A stretch of DNA of 64,000 nucleotides from the human T2T-CHM13v2.0 reference genome, Homo sapiens. Where the stretch lies: assembly GCF_009914755.1 (NCBI RefSeq), contig NC_060931.1, one strand, 5' to 3'. The position numbers and the translations under genes are program-made. Of this stretch, positions 38,011-54,928 are shown one piece after another. The number at the start of each line of letters is the position of its first letter. The first letter of the stretch is position 1. Under the pieces are notes generated by a model. It did no database searches. It had not been told where the DNA came from and saw nothing but the letters and a program-made list of their open reading frames with translations.

Positions 38011-38897
38011 AGTCTCCTTAAGACACACCAAATCCATGACATCAGGTTAAAATTCACATCTGAGACTGCTGAATAGGAAAGCAAGTGAGGCAGCACTGGA
38101 GAAGAGGGAACAGGGCCCGGGGGCCGGCGGACTTGCCCGCGGGAGGGCGTCACTGTTTGCATCAGCTCCTAGCACCGTTCACCACAGCCAAGCCCCACCC
38201 AAAACCTTGGAAGCCTCCCTGCCCCTGTAAGCCCCGGGAGCTTGCCCCCAGGAGAACTGATGAGGCAGGAAAGTGCAGAGGTGTTTCTAATACCTCTGTC
38301 CTGTGTCCCCACAAAAAGCATCAAATCACAGGATATTTCATAATCTAACTTGGTGTTACACCATTCAGCCACTTCTTCCTATGCCCTGCCCTTAAAGGAA
38401 AATGTCCCCACAAAGCTGAGCTCCTCGGCCCTCTGGCTGGTGCTGCCACTGCTCTGCCAGCTCTAGGGTGCACCCAGCTCCCCGACTTGTGTGGCCACTC
38501 CTGTACCAACCAGTGGCCAGGAGAGCCAGAGCTCCCGCCAAGGCCAAGGGCAGCTGGTCAGCTTAACGCATCCTTCTGCAGGGCACTCGGGCCTGCATCT
38601 CACTGACTGCTGTGTTCTCACACCTCACCCAGTACCTAGCACAGGGTGGGGATCACATGGCTCCCCAGACAGTGCAGCTCCTCGAGGCTCTCTGGTGGTA
38701 CTGTGTCTACCTGCTGCCTCCACCTCCCAAGACCCCGGCTCTCCATGGGACTCATGGGAGCCCACCCAAGGCAGAGCCAAGAGCCAGTCCCAAGGACAGA
38801 CGCTGTGGTGGTCCCAGGATCACCCCTGCCCTTCCCACGCCGAGGCCAGGCTCTCAGACTCACTGTACATGAGAACCACCGGCAAAGCTTAAACATT

Positions 38898-39215
38898 CCA
38901 GCTGCACCCAGACCAGCGCCACCCAGACCAACAGTGCCCAGACCAGCTGCTGCACCTAGATCAGCTGCTGTATCCATACCAGCTGCTATACCCAGACCAG
39001 AACCACCCAGACCAGCAGTGCCCAGACCAGCTGCTGCACCTAGATCAGCTGCTGTATCCATACCAGCTGCTATACCCAGACCAGCAGTGCCCAGGCCAGC
39101 AGCACCCAGACCAGCTGCTGTACCCAGACCAACTGTGCCCAGATCAGCTGCTGCACCCAGACCAGCTACACCCAGACCAGCTGCACCCAGGTCAGCTGCA
39201 CCCAGACCAACTGCA
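38898..39215. repeat. Degenerate 15/18-bp minisatellite (cccagaccagctgc[tgc]a)
   Basis: Tandem units whose lengths are multiples of 3, with an internal ~84-bp block duplication. Confidence 0.9.
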
Positions 39216-39679
39216 GGAGCACCCCAGGGCTGGGCCCCTGCACAAGCATTTTCAAAGCTCCCAGGAGACTCTGCTGTGAGCCAGGTTGAGACCCTCAACC
39301 CAAGACATCCTTATTGTGCCAGGCTTAGGATGTCCACTCCTTCTTCAGCTAGTGCCCTCACCTTTGTTGTTCCACAGTCAGGCCACAGTGCCCACAACTG
39401 TTTAGATTAAAATGGAGACCACTTCCCTTTACGTTTCACCATGAATCCCTCTCCCCCACAAAAGCTGTAATCCAGCAAACAGGTGGAGAATAGCGTGCTC
39501 AAAGACTAAACTAAATGGGAGAGATCAGGTTTAAATTAACATCTGGGATGGCTGAAAGGGAAGGGAAATCACACAGAGGCAGGAGGGGAAGGAGGAAGGC
39601 ATGGAGAACAGTGGATACGCCCCCACCGGAGGGAGAGGGTGTTGTTTCCATCCACTCCCAGTTCCCTTTACCTGACTGA

Positions 39680-39972
39680 ATGTTGTAACTACAGATTTCC
39701 TATGTTGAAACCCTAACCCCCAAGATGAAAGTATTTGGAGGTGGGGCCTTTGGGAGGTGATGAGATCATGAGGGTGGAACCCTTGGAGCCTTTCCACCAC
39801 TGAGGTCAGAGCAGAAAGATGACCCTCTGCAACTTGGAATAGGGCCCTCCCCAGAACCTGGCCACACTGTGCTGGCACCCTGGCCTCAGACTTGCAGCCT
39901 CAATAAATGCCTGTTGTTTATCAGCCACCCAGCCTGATACATTCTTCCAGCAACTCAAACAAACTGAGACAT
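39680..39972 (+). mobile_element. MLT1A-type LTR
   Basis: tatgttgaaaccctaacccc...ggaggtggggcctttgggaggtgat ... aataaatgcctgttgtt ... aactgagaca. Confidence 0.8.
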
Positions 39973-39974
39973 GA

Positions 39975-40962
<988 letters not shown>

Positions 40963-41576
40963 GCATCCCCAGGCCTCCCTCCCTTTCACCTGGTCCCTGT
41001 CCCGCTCCACCCGGACACTCACAATTGGCACCAATTTCCTTGATTGCAGAGATGCCTGGGAGCCCCAGAGCAACCTGTACCTGGACCCCAAAAACCACAG
41101 AACCTAGGAGGGGGAGCAAAGAAACGATTAATTATCAAAAATAAATTGCACACATTAAAATGATGGTCACAGGAGGGCAGAGAAGTCAAGAATTTAGGCT
41201 TTACATTTTAAAACCACAGTTTTCTGACTCCAAAACATCTGGTTTTGCAACTGAGGAACATGGGAAAATGCCTAGTCTCTCTCCAGGGAATCCCACATCC
41301 AGCTATTTTATTTGTTTCAAAGCATTTTCATCAGATTTTAAAGATGGTTTACTGCCTGAAGATGAAAGGAATGCTTGTCGGAGTAATTTTTCATAGTTCT
41401 GCTCTTTCATCTAACTAGATCAAGAAACTAAGCAGGTGTTTAGGAAAACGGCTGCATTTTGTACCTGTGGGAGCTTCAAAAAGCAATGGAGATGCAAAAC
41501 GGTTCTAAAATTATCCAGACACATTTTGCATCTAGAAATATGTGCATATTCATTTACCTTCAAATTCCTAAAATGA

Positions 41577-41960
<384 letters not shown>

Positions 41961-43232
41961 TGGAAGGTGAGGAATGTTCTTTTTGCTGCCCAAAGCAGGC
42001 AGGATTCCTGAGACTTACTCATCGGCCAAAAATATTCCTCAACTGCAAATCTCTTAAAGGCCACCTAGATCACCTTAGTCCCAAGCCTCACCCAACTGGA
42101 CACATCACACAAGCATCTACCAACAGGGTGTCTAGCTTTGGAGTTCTTCCGAACCACAGCAGCAAGCTCATGAATGCCTCCTCAGCACTGAGCAGCTGGG
42201 TGGTGTCTGTGCTGAACATCCTGTGTCTCCGTGTCCCATCCAAGCTGTCTGGGGTTGGCCCCTATGAGAAGGGCTCCTCACTCATTAAAAACACGTAAAC
42301 ATGGCAATGTGGGGTGGAGAGTGACAGCCCAGGCCTACGTTGAGGTTTGGTTCCCAAAGCTCATTTTGATTTTGTTTTCTTTCCTAATAGCCATTTGATG
42401 GACTGAGAGCTCCTAATGAGAACACAAACTTAGACTAAATAAACTACTAAGTTGAGAACTTGGATCTACAAGCAGGCATATCTTTCTAAACTGTGAATCA
42501 TTAACTGGGTCTCAGACTGGCCTTGCCAAGTGTACTGCATTTTTGAAGTGGCCTAAATGGGCTTGTTCTGCTCCCATAGATCAGTCCTCATGCTTTCCCA
42601 GCAGGAAATTGATTGTGAAAGAAAATCTTCTGACTAGAAAGGAAAAGAAAAATGTGCATCTTTCATCAAATACTAAAAGGTATTTGATGATTCATATTTC
42701 AGTTTGAAACTGACTTGCAGATGCGTCTCCTTTTACTTTCACCATTTAACCCATGCAAAATTTGCATCTAAGAATAATAAAGATTGATAAGATCTTGCAT
42801 TTCAAAGTAGGTTTAAGATACTGGTGTTTCTGCACCCCCCAAAATGAATGATGTTATGAACAATGTGTTAACCCAATTATTTTAAGTGAATAAAAGATAT
42901 TTGAAAGAAATAGGAAGCATATTTTCCCAAACAGAAGAATTCCTTTGTAATGCAATTAATCAAGTGCTACTTTTAAGTTATTCACCTTATGAATTCGAGT
43001 TTTGAAAATCTGATTTTTCTAAAGCAGAATATACCTACCCAGCCTGGTTTGAATTTCCTATCCCCTGCCCCTGATTTCCCTTTGAACAGACGAAACAAAG
43101 AAAGTCTGCAACCTTCAATGCGATGGCTTCCCGAAGGAGTTCCAGTTACTCAAGCATTCTCTAAAATCCTATACCAACTCTGCTGTTCAAGGACCCTTTA
43201 TATAACGTCAACAAGATCTCTAGCTTTTCCTT

Positions 43233-43274
43233 ATCATCATCACCACCATCACCATCACCAGCTCCACCACCATC
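43233..43274. repeat. (CAT/CAC)n trinucleotide microsatellite
   Basis: atcatcatcaccaccatcaccatcaccagctccaccaccatc. Confidence 0.85.
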
Positions 43275-43483
43275 AAAGTTGTTGCAGAGCCAATATGGGA
43301 GCATCAAACTGCAAATCTGGATTGTTCCGGAGCATTTGTTCAATTTTGAGTGAATTAACAGGCCATATTTAACAACATATGCTCATATTACATATTCTCC
43401 AGAAATATAAAACAGGCTTAAACCCTCAGTCATCATTTCAGCCCCATATTCTAAAACTGGTCCTTTCTCAGGAGCCGTTCACA

Positions 43484-43518
43484 CGCAGTGCCGAGGACGG
43501 CCAGCAGATGGCAGCACC
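43484..43518 (+). promoter_or_regulatory. CTCF binding site, core plus upstream module
   Basis: cGCAGTgCCgaggacGGCCAGCAGATGGCAGCAcc matches TGCAGTNCC-N5/6-GGCCASYAGRKGGCRS. Confidence 0.75.
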
Positions 43519-43999
43519 AAGGCTCAGAAAGAGCAGAAACCAAGCGGGAGCTCAAGGAGCGTTCAATGCCCACCGTGATATCGTCAGGACACCTAAGAAA
43601 GGCAAATGATGTTCTCTCTTCGTTATTTTCTTTCTAAACACATTTGACAACCCACCTTTTATTAACACGTCTGCATCCTCTGAGACAATGCTTTTGCACC
43701 ACCACGCTCCTGCAGCGCAAGGTCTCAATCAGGGATTAAGAAAGCTAAGATCCTATATAAAGAATATTTATGGCTTAATTGTCTTGAAAGCTTGGCATGG
43801 TAATTGAAGAATTCAAAGGTCAAAAAATCTACTTTGTCTCTCTTATTTTTCAGAAAATCAAGAAGCCAACAACGCCAAGATTGATGGAAATACATTTTCC
43901 TTGTCTCTTCCGCACGTTATACTAAGTGGTAATGTCAAACTGCCAGGACTTTCTGATGTTTTCTCTCTAAAGGTGAATATGCCTGAGTGTGCCCCGATA

Positions 44000-45904
<1,905 letters not shown>

Positions 45905-45905
<1 letters not shown>

Positions 45906-46040
45906 TTCTTTCTTATTTCTTATTTCTTTCTTTCTTTTGAGACCGAGTCTCCCTCTGTCACCCAGGCTGGAGTGAAGTGGCACGATCTCGGCTCACTGCA
46001 AAATTTGCCTCTCAGGTTCAAGTGATTCTCGTGCTTCAGC
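45905..46040 (-). mobile_element. Truncated Alu (right-arm fragment)
   Basis: gagtctccctctgtcacccaggctggagtg...aagtgattctcgtgcttcagc, then an abrupt end. Confidence 0.88.
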
Positions 46041-46829
46041 AACGCAGGGCTGTTGTCTGAATCTAGGTGTGGATTTTTGGAAACAAGGCCAATTAGGTCA
46101 CTAATTAATTTCATTCAGTAGCCCAAGCAGAGGTTCCAGTCAATCAGATTTAAAACTTACTTTTAACACATACCTCTGTTCCATTAATTTTCATTTCAGG
46201 TCTCCCACATGGAGAAGAAAAGCATGCCTTTAACTTGTTATTTGAGGATCTTTTTAAGGCTTTGTTGCTGCCCTAAGGAAGAAAAGGAATTCTCCTTCTC
46301 CTTTATCCCCAGCGTCCCAGGAAGGAGCCGGGGAGTAGAATGACAGCAATATTGGAAATTACTTTCCATCTGAAGTGATTCGGTACAAGCAATGGCCCTT
46401 TCTGTGTACAGACAACAGAATATACAGAGCTCTGTGAAAAGATTGAAAGGAATTGCATTTTTTAAAAAATGCTGCTCAATTTTGCATTCTCAGAAAGCCT
46501 CTGCTTCCCTAAACTCTGGGTTTCCCTTTTTACTATGCCATTAATGATGAGCTGAAGTACCAATCGCTCTCCCAACAAACTTCCAAGCAACTCTAGCACA
46601 GTCGCCTTCTTTTTCTTCAAACTGTGACTTCCAAGGACTTTCACACTTCGCCTGGTGACATGGAACACGCATGCTATACACATAGGGAACAAAGTTTCAT
46701 GAGAAAACACTTGAGCTGGGCGCAGTGTTTTCCGCTAGTTTTCATGCTGTTCTATACAGCACGTTTCATTTATCAATTTGCTGGTCGAGACCCTCTAAAA
46801 ATTCGATCCCTCACAAAGAAGTAGAGTGA

Positions 46830-47030
46830 CCGATGATGTGAAAAACACAACCCGGTGAGCCCGGCCGCACGACGCTTCACAGGAAAACACAACCCGGTGA
46901 GCCCGGCCGCACAACGCTTCAGAGCCTCATTACCGGCTGTGGCTCGCTGAGGCCACGGGCTTCCGGCAGCCAGTGGTAGCCGGCGGCTCTCCTGACCGCA
47001 CTGCTACTTCGCATTATTCTGTTCATGGCC
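46830..47030. promoter_or_regulatory. Small CpG-rich segment with a 42-bp tandem duplication (46842-46923)
   Basis: Clustered CpGs in non-TE sequence; aaaacacaacccggtgagcccggccgcac(g/a)acgcttca twice; ETS-like cttccgg. Confidence 0.45.
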
Positions 47031-47060
47031 TTCAGTGTGATTCAAACCGCTGTTTCTTTA

Positions 47061-47348
<288 letters not shown>

Positions 47349-48799
47349 TCTTATTTTTCTCATCATTAGACCAAAAAAAAAAAAAAAAAAACCTGCAACT
47401 AGGTCAAATCAAATCAAGTAGGAATTCATCAAGGGGATGGGTTTTGTAAGTTTCCACTGACTGCACAGAGCAGGTCTGGGCTCCCCTGCACTTCCTCCCT
47501 TCTGTCTGGGAAGCCCCAGGTGAGGCTGCGCTCGGGTGGCTTGAGTCTCCCGGCCCCTGGGAGAGTTGCCCCCAAGGCTCAAGTCTGGAAGCAGCCCTCC
47601 AGGATGCCCACGCTGGTGCTCCACACTCGGGAACCCCCAGGAGCTCCACGGACTCAATTCTCAGGCAATGGTGATTTCAAAATTCCCCAAGTTGAGGCTT
47701 TCCTTGACTGACAGAGGCACGTTCTTGCTGCCTCCTGGCACTTCCTGCTTCCTGGGGGAGGGAAATACATGTCCTCCTGCCCTCCACTCTCCAGAGACCA
47801 CCCCTGGTGATTTGGATGTTTTCTGAGGGACACCTTTAAAGCGTGGGTTAAAATTCCAGTAGCTGTCTCTCTTCTACCTTCTTTTGAAGACGTTATCTCC
47901 CAGCTTGTTTCTTCGCATTCAAGCAGGGCACGTGGCCTGCAGCCTCGGCCTGTTAACAGCATGGAATTGTGACGACGGTGTCCAGGGCAGACTGAGAGGG
48001 AGGGCGTGCCTGACACTGCCCAGGGACCGTCTGCTTCTCTCGTTCTGTGGCAGAGCTTCCCAGATCATGGGAGACATTCACGCCACTGTTGGGGCACCCC
48101 TAGATAAACAGGAACCCCAGCCAGGAAATTGCTCACTATGGCTTGTGAGTTCCCGGGAGCTCTGTGCTCCAAACGTCAGCTGAGCTGACAGCAGGAAAGG
48201 AAGGAGCTGGAGAAGCATCAGCCACCCAGGCCATCGTGCGCCCAGGAGGGAAAATGTGGAAAGGTCCTGGGTGTGCAGTAACACAGGACACCAGCGAAAC
48301 ATAAGGGGCATCCAACGGGAATCCACCCCAGTCTTGTCACTGCAGCGGTGGGAAACTCATACGCATGCACTAGATTCATCTCCTGGTGATAGCTCCGCAG
48401 GTAAGGAAAAGAAAATACCACCACAGTTTTTCAAAATGCAGAACAATGTCATCAAATAAACGAACTGGATGGAATTCCTACTTTGCTCGTGGGAGCCAGA
48501 ATCTTCCTCTGTGTATACTTGATCTTAACTCAGAAACATTAGCCAAAGGCAGCTGTCCCCTTGGGGGCACCCTGGCTTCTCAGCCCGCCCACTCAAGGTC
48601 ACCCTGACTCCTCTAGGAACCCCTCCACCCACCCCAGAATCATGCTGCCGTCCAAATACTGCAAGGGAGGAGGGAGAGGGTTGACATCTTGGTGTTCCGA
48701 CGGAGGGCCAGGGTGTGAGTGTCAGTGTCGGGCTGAGCTGTATCTGGCCTCTTTGGACCTACAAAAAGGAAAAATTAATTTCTCATGTTTTGAGGTAGC

Positions 48800-49185
48800 C
48801 TGAATAGTGGGCCCTGGCCCCTGCCCAAGATGTTCGCCTCCTAATCCCCAGAACCTGTGAATATGTCACCTTACATGGCAGAAGGGACGTGGCAACGTGA
48901 CTAAATGAAGCATCTGGGTATGGGCAGATCATCCCGGGTGGTCTCGGGGGAGCTTTTAGGAGAGGGGCAGGCGTCAGTGCTGGGAGCTCTGAGGATGGAG
49001 GTGAGAGGGTGGAGTGATGCGAGGAGGGGTTCGGGGCCTCAGGAACGCAGGCAGCCTCCAGGAAGGCCTGCCAACACCTTCACCGTAGACTTCTGGCCTC
49101 CAGAGCTGTAAGGGAATGAGCCTGTGTTGTTTAAGCCAGCGCACTGTGGTGACTTGTTACTGCAGGGGAGGGAAACTCATATGAG
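48800..49185 (+). mobile_element. MLT1C/D LTR
   Basis: cctaatccccagaacctgtgaatatgtcaccttacatggc ... gacttctggcctccagagctgtaag ... ggaaactcata. Confidence 0.82.
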
Positions 49186-50292
49186 TGCGCCAGATTCATC
49201 GCCAAAAGGAGGCTCAATTTTCCACCCTTCTCTCGGATCCATGCCCCTGCTCCCCATCCCTTAAATGTGGCTGGTTTCTGTGACTGGTGGTCAGGACAGC
49301 AAGCTAGTTCTGAGCCGAGGCCTCTGGAGACCTGGGAGCCTCGAATTACCCCTTGGCACCAGCCTCTGCCCCTGGAATCACCCCATGGCACCCGCCTCTG
49401 CTACTGGAGAAAGAGAGCCTGGCATTGCAGCTCAGGCCACATGGGCCGGCCAGCTGTCTAAGCTTTTTCCTTTCCCCCATATCAGACTTTGGAAGTTAAA
49501 CCCAATATTTATACTTACTTACCAATGGCTCTCCAGTAAATATTCCTGGAAGTCAGGGTGCAATCAAAATAAGTAGTCAGGTTCAATAAGGGAAGGGAAA
49601 TTGTTATTTTCTAAAAGCTTTCAAAAGGCCAAGTGCTTTCACTTAAGATCCCACTTAATTCACAAGAGAATTCTGATGTCCATTTCAGAGGTTAGAATAA
49701 AAACTTGTGACAATGAATGGAAACAATACTATAAAGCTTCTTTAAAGAAAACAGTGCAGTGTTGATACGTGAATAGACAAACTGAAGAGAGGAATTGACT
49801 AGAGGGTCCTGAAATGACCAAAACACGTGGAAAATCAGTGTCCGGCAGAAGCGGCATCTCACACCACTGGGGTAGGGACAAGTGTTTTAATCAATTGACT
49901 GAACAGTTGGTGGCCTTTGAGAAAAAGATAAAATTAGATCCATATGTCACACCAAACATAAAGATAAACTCCCAGTGGATCAGGGATCTAAATATTTAAA
50001 AATAAAATAATAAAAGTACTAGAAGAAAATATGGTTAAATTCCTATTCAACCTCCACATTGAGTCTTTCTAACTATAACCCCAAATCCAGAGGCAATTAA
50101 AAGAGAATAATAAATTTGACTACATAAAAATAAAATAAAGCTGTGTGGCAAAATATCATAAATGAAACAAAAAAGCCTGATAAATTGGGAGAAAATATTT
50201 GTAACGTATATCACGGATGAAGGACTCATGTCTCCAATCTATAAAGACGTCTTTAAAATTGAAAGAAAAGAACCAAAAAAAAAGAGAAAAAT

Positions 50293-50590
50293 TGGCCAGG
50301 TGCAGTGGCTCACGCCTTTAATCCCAGTACTTTGGAAGGCTGAGGCAGGCAGATCACGAGGTCAAGAGATGGAGACCATCCTGGCCAACACGGTGAAATC
50401 CTGTCTCTACTAAAAATACAAAATTTAGCCAGGCGTGGTGGTAGGTGCCTGTAATCCCAGCTACTTGGGAGGCTGAGGCAGGAGAATCACTTCAACCCAG
50501 GAGGTGGAGGTTGCAGTGAGCTGAGATCATGCCATTGCACTCCGGCCTGGGCAAAAAGAGTGAAACTGTCTCAAGAAAAAAAAAGAAAGA
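50293..50590 (+). mobile_element. AluSc-like element
   Basis: gatcacgaggtcaagagatggagaccatcctggcc. Confidence 0.95.
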
Positions 50591-50698
50591 AACATTTAGA
50601 AAATATATGAACAGATAATTCACAAAAGAGATGTCAAAATGATCCTCGCCATACAAAAAATGTTCTACCTCACTCACGACTAGAAATATGTAAATTGA

Positions 50699-51058
<360 letters not shown>

Positions 51059-51544
51059 GGCAACGCCTTCTTCTGATGAGGCCATGGGGAATCAGCACCC
51101 TCCCACACTGCTGGTGGGAGTGAAAGCTGGCACAGCTCTGGGAGGCAATTCGCAACACCTAACAAAATGAGATCTGCACTTATTTAGAGTCACCTACTCC
51201 TAGGATCCCACTCTAAAAACATACCTCCGACAGCATGAAACTACATACACGTGAGATTACTCACTGCGGCACTGATCGTCATCAGAATATTGTGGGAATA
51301 ATCGAAACGGCCATATGTAGGACAGGAGTTGAGTAAACTGTGGTGTCTCTACAGGATGAGGTCGCTTTCACGTAAGAAGGAGAAGAAAACATACCGTGCT
51401 CTCTGTTCATCTGCTGTTTAGTTCCGACTTTTAGAACCAAGCTAACCATTCCAGGTAAATGAAATAAATAAATAAGCCGGAAGGACCCACGTGGAATACA
51501 AACAGAAACTAACCGACCCAACTGTATTAGAAAGAGATGCCAGA

Positions 51545-52208
<664 letters not shown>

Positions 52209-52893
52209 CTAGGTACGTTTGGGAAATAGCATTTTTACCAGATTCTCTAAAACTCGAAGGGTTTTCCAATGGCCAAATCTGTGACATTTTGAACATCATA
52301 AGTAATGATTATAATGAATTATAATTCATAGAATAAAATGGAAAATCAGGATTCCATCTGGCATAAAGAAAGAATTGAATGCTTAAATAAATGGGAAATA
52401 GCGAAAGCTCTTCCTTGCAGTAGCATCACAAGTAATACATGCAGAATTATGAAGTTGTACAGTCATCATTTGGCACCCATCATCATAATAATTCAGCAAG
52501 AACCATCAATGGATGCTAAGCTTGTGGGGGAAGTTTGATTAGGAACAGCATATTCACACAGCCTCGAAGTATCTCTCCATACGTAGATACATATTACACA
52601 GGGAAAAGGGAATTCCCAGTGGAAAGACCTGGCAGACACCCTATTGACCGAGTGAGAAGAGTTACCATCAGCAGGAACAGGACAAACCGACTGAGGCACA
52701 GAGAAGCATCCCTCCTGGGGTTTCCTGCCCAAAATGCATAGCGAAGCCCTCAGACAAACTGAGCAACACTCTGCAAAATAACTGGCCAGCGCGCTTCGAA
52801 AGTGACAAGGTCGTCACGAAGTGACAAGGTCATAATAAAACGAAGACTGAGGATCTGTTCCAGATTAAGTAAAAATTAAGAAACATGACAACT

Positions 52894-53205
52894 GGCCAGG
52901 CGTGGGGACTCACGCCTGTAATCCCAGCATTTTGGGAGGCCAAGGCGGGCGGATCATGAGGTCAGGAGACTGAGACTATCCTGGCTAACACAGTGAAACC
53001 CTGTCTCTACTGAAAATACAAAAAAATTAGTTGGGCGTGTTGGCAGGCACCACCAGTCCCAGCTACTTGGGAGGCTGAGGCAGCAGAATGGCATGAACCT
53101 GGGAGAGCTTGCAGTGAGCTGAGATTGCGCCACTGCACTCCAGCCTGGGCCTCCGTCTCAAAAAAAAAAAAAAAAAAAAAAAAAGGAGAAAGAAAAAGAA
53201 AGAAA
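52894..53205 (+). mobile_element. AluY-like element
   Basis: Alu consensus with aagaaacatgacaact TSD. Confidence 0.93.
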
Positions 53206-54574
53206 CATGACAACTAAATGCAACATGTGATCCTGAATTCGATCCTGGACCAGAAAAATGCAGATTCGTGGCCCTGACCCAAGACCTCCTGAATCAGAAC
53301 ATCTCATGTTAAGGCCCAGGAATCTGAATTCTAATTGGCACCATGTGACTCTTCAGTGCACTAAAGTTGAGAACGATATGGCTGTGATCTTATCACATGA
53401 CAGGCATGACTCAAACGATCCAGCAAACATATCCAGGACATTTACAAATGGCGAAAGGTGTTGTGAGGGAAAGGTGGAGGGAATGATGACCTCAGACCAC
53501 ACAAAACACAGATGGGATCAGATGGGAAGAGGGGAAGGCTTGGGGAAAGTCTCCCTGAGGAAGTGGCCTTTGAAATGAGACCTGGGAAACAGATGGGTCG
53601 AGGAGACACAGAGATGGGGAAGAGCGGCCAAGACGGAGAGAATCGCTGATGGAGAAATCCTAAAAAGGAAGGGGACGTGGAGATTTGGAGGAATTGATGT
53701 TAACCGAGGATACCAAAATTGCAACCCAGCCTTACTCAGCTCATGAAGGTGACAAGTGTGGCTCTCGAGGAGTTTCACAAGCACCTGGTGGGCTTCCCGG
53801 CCCTTGAACTCAAGGCCTTGTCTTCACACTGAGAAACTGCAGAAAATTCCACGATGAGATTCAAACACGATTAGTTTAGCGTTTTCTCTTCCTGCCTGGC
53901 ATAGCCTCAACATTCAGCGTATGTCTTCAGCGGGGAGCAGGCCGAGTGTTTGAGACCCATCAAGTCGCCCTAATCCCATGTGGCTGCTGACACCATGCTG
54001 TCCCCCATCCCCAGCAGCAGCCCTGTCCAGCCTGAACTCACATTTGCTCCCCAGAGCCCTGCCCTGCACCCTCGGCCCCTTGGGTTCACATCACTCCCGT
54101 GGCCCTCGGAAGCTTTGAGAGAGATTACAGTGGAATCGTATGCACTCACTCAAGCTATGTTATAAGGAGTGGTTTATAAAGTCATATAAAAGATATTATC
54201 ATGTTAAATGAAAAAATATACAAACTTACTTATAAAATATTATTATAGTTTATTTTTAAATTAATAGCACTATAAATTCTCCCATAAGGACACCCTCCCT
54301 TAACCAGTCAAACATCAAAAGAGACTAGCCAGGGCTTGCTACTCCATCCACTCCGCAATGCTCTGCAACCTGGCCAGCTCTGCTTCAGCCCCTGTAGGTC
54401 ATGAGTGGAGGATGTAGAAGTCTTTGGGGACTGGATCCAGAGTCCCGAGAAGTCTGGAGACCAGCCCCAACAATGGACTAAAGACCTTCAGGGGGTCAAA
54501 TCTGGCGGCCAAATGCAGAGCGTCCAGTCCACACCCGTGTGGCCCACCCAGGAGCTCGGCCTAAATGAGGCATC

Positions 54575-54928
54575 TCTGTCTGTTCAGGCTGTGATAGCCC
54601 AACACCAAAGACTGATGGCTCAGACAACAGACATTTCCCTCTCACAGTTCTGGAGGCTGGAGGCTGCGATCAGGTGCTGCCATGGCCGGGTTCTGGGGAG
54701 GGTTCACTTCCTGGTTTACAGAAGGCTGGCTTTTCTTTGTATCCTCACATAGCAGAGAGAGGTCATCTTTCTGGGGTCTCTTTTAGAAAGGCACCAGTCC
54801 CATTCACGATGGCTCCACCCTCATGACCTAATCACCTGCCACCGACCTTGCTTCCAAATACCGTGCCATCGGGGGTTGTGGTTTCCGGGTATGAATTTGG
54901 GAGGAGGATGCAAACACGCAGTCCATAA
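54575..54928 (-). mobile_element. MLT1A/MST-type LTR
   Basis: ctcacagttctggaggctgg...ccaccctcatgacctaatcacct...atgaatttgggaggag...cagtccataaca. Confidence 0.8.

Noticed and set aside
42989-43372. 127-aa plus-strand ORF with a poly-His tract
   Set aside because: The His run is a (CAT/CAC)n microsatellite; there is no recognisable domain or supporting plus-strand gene structure.
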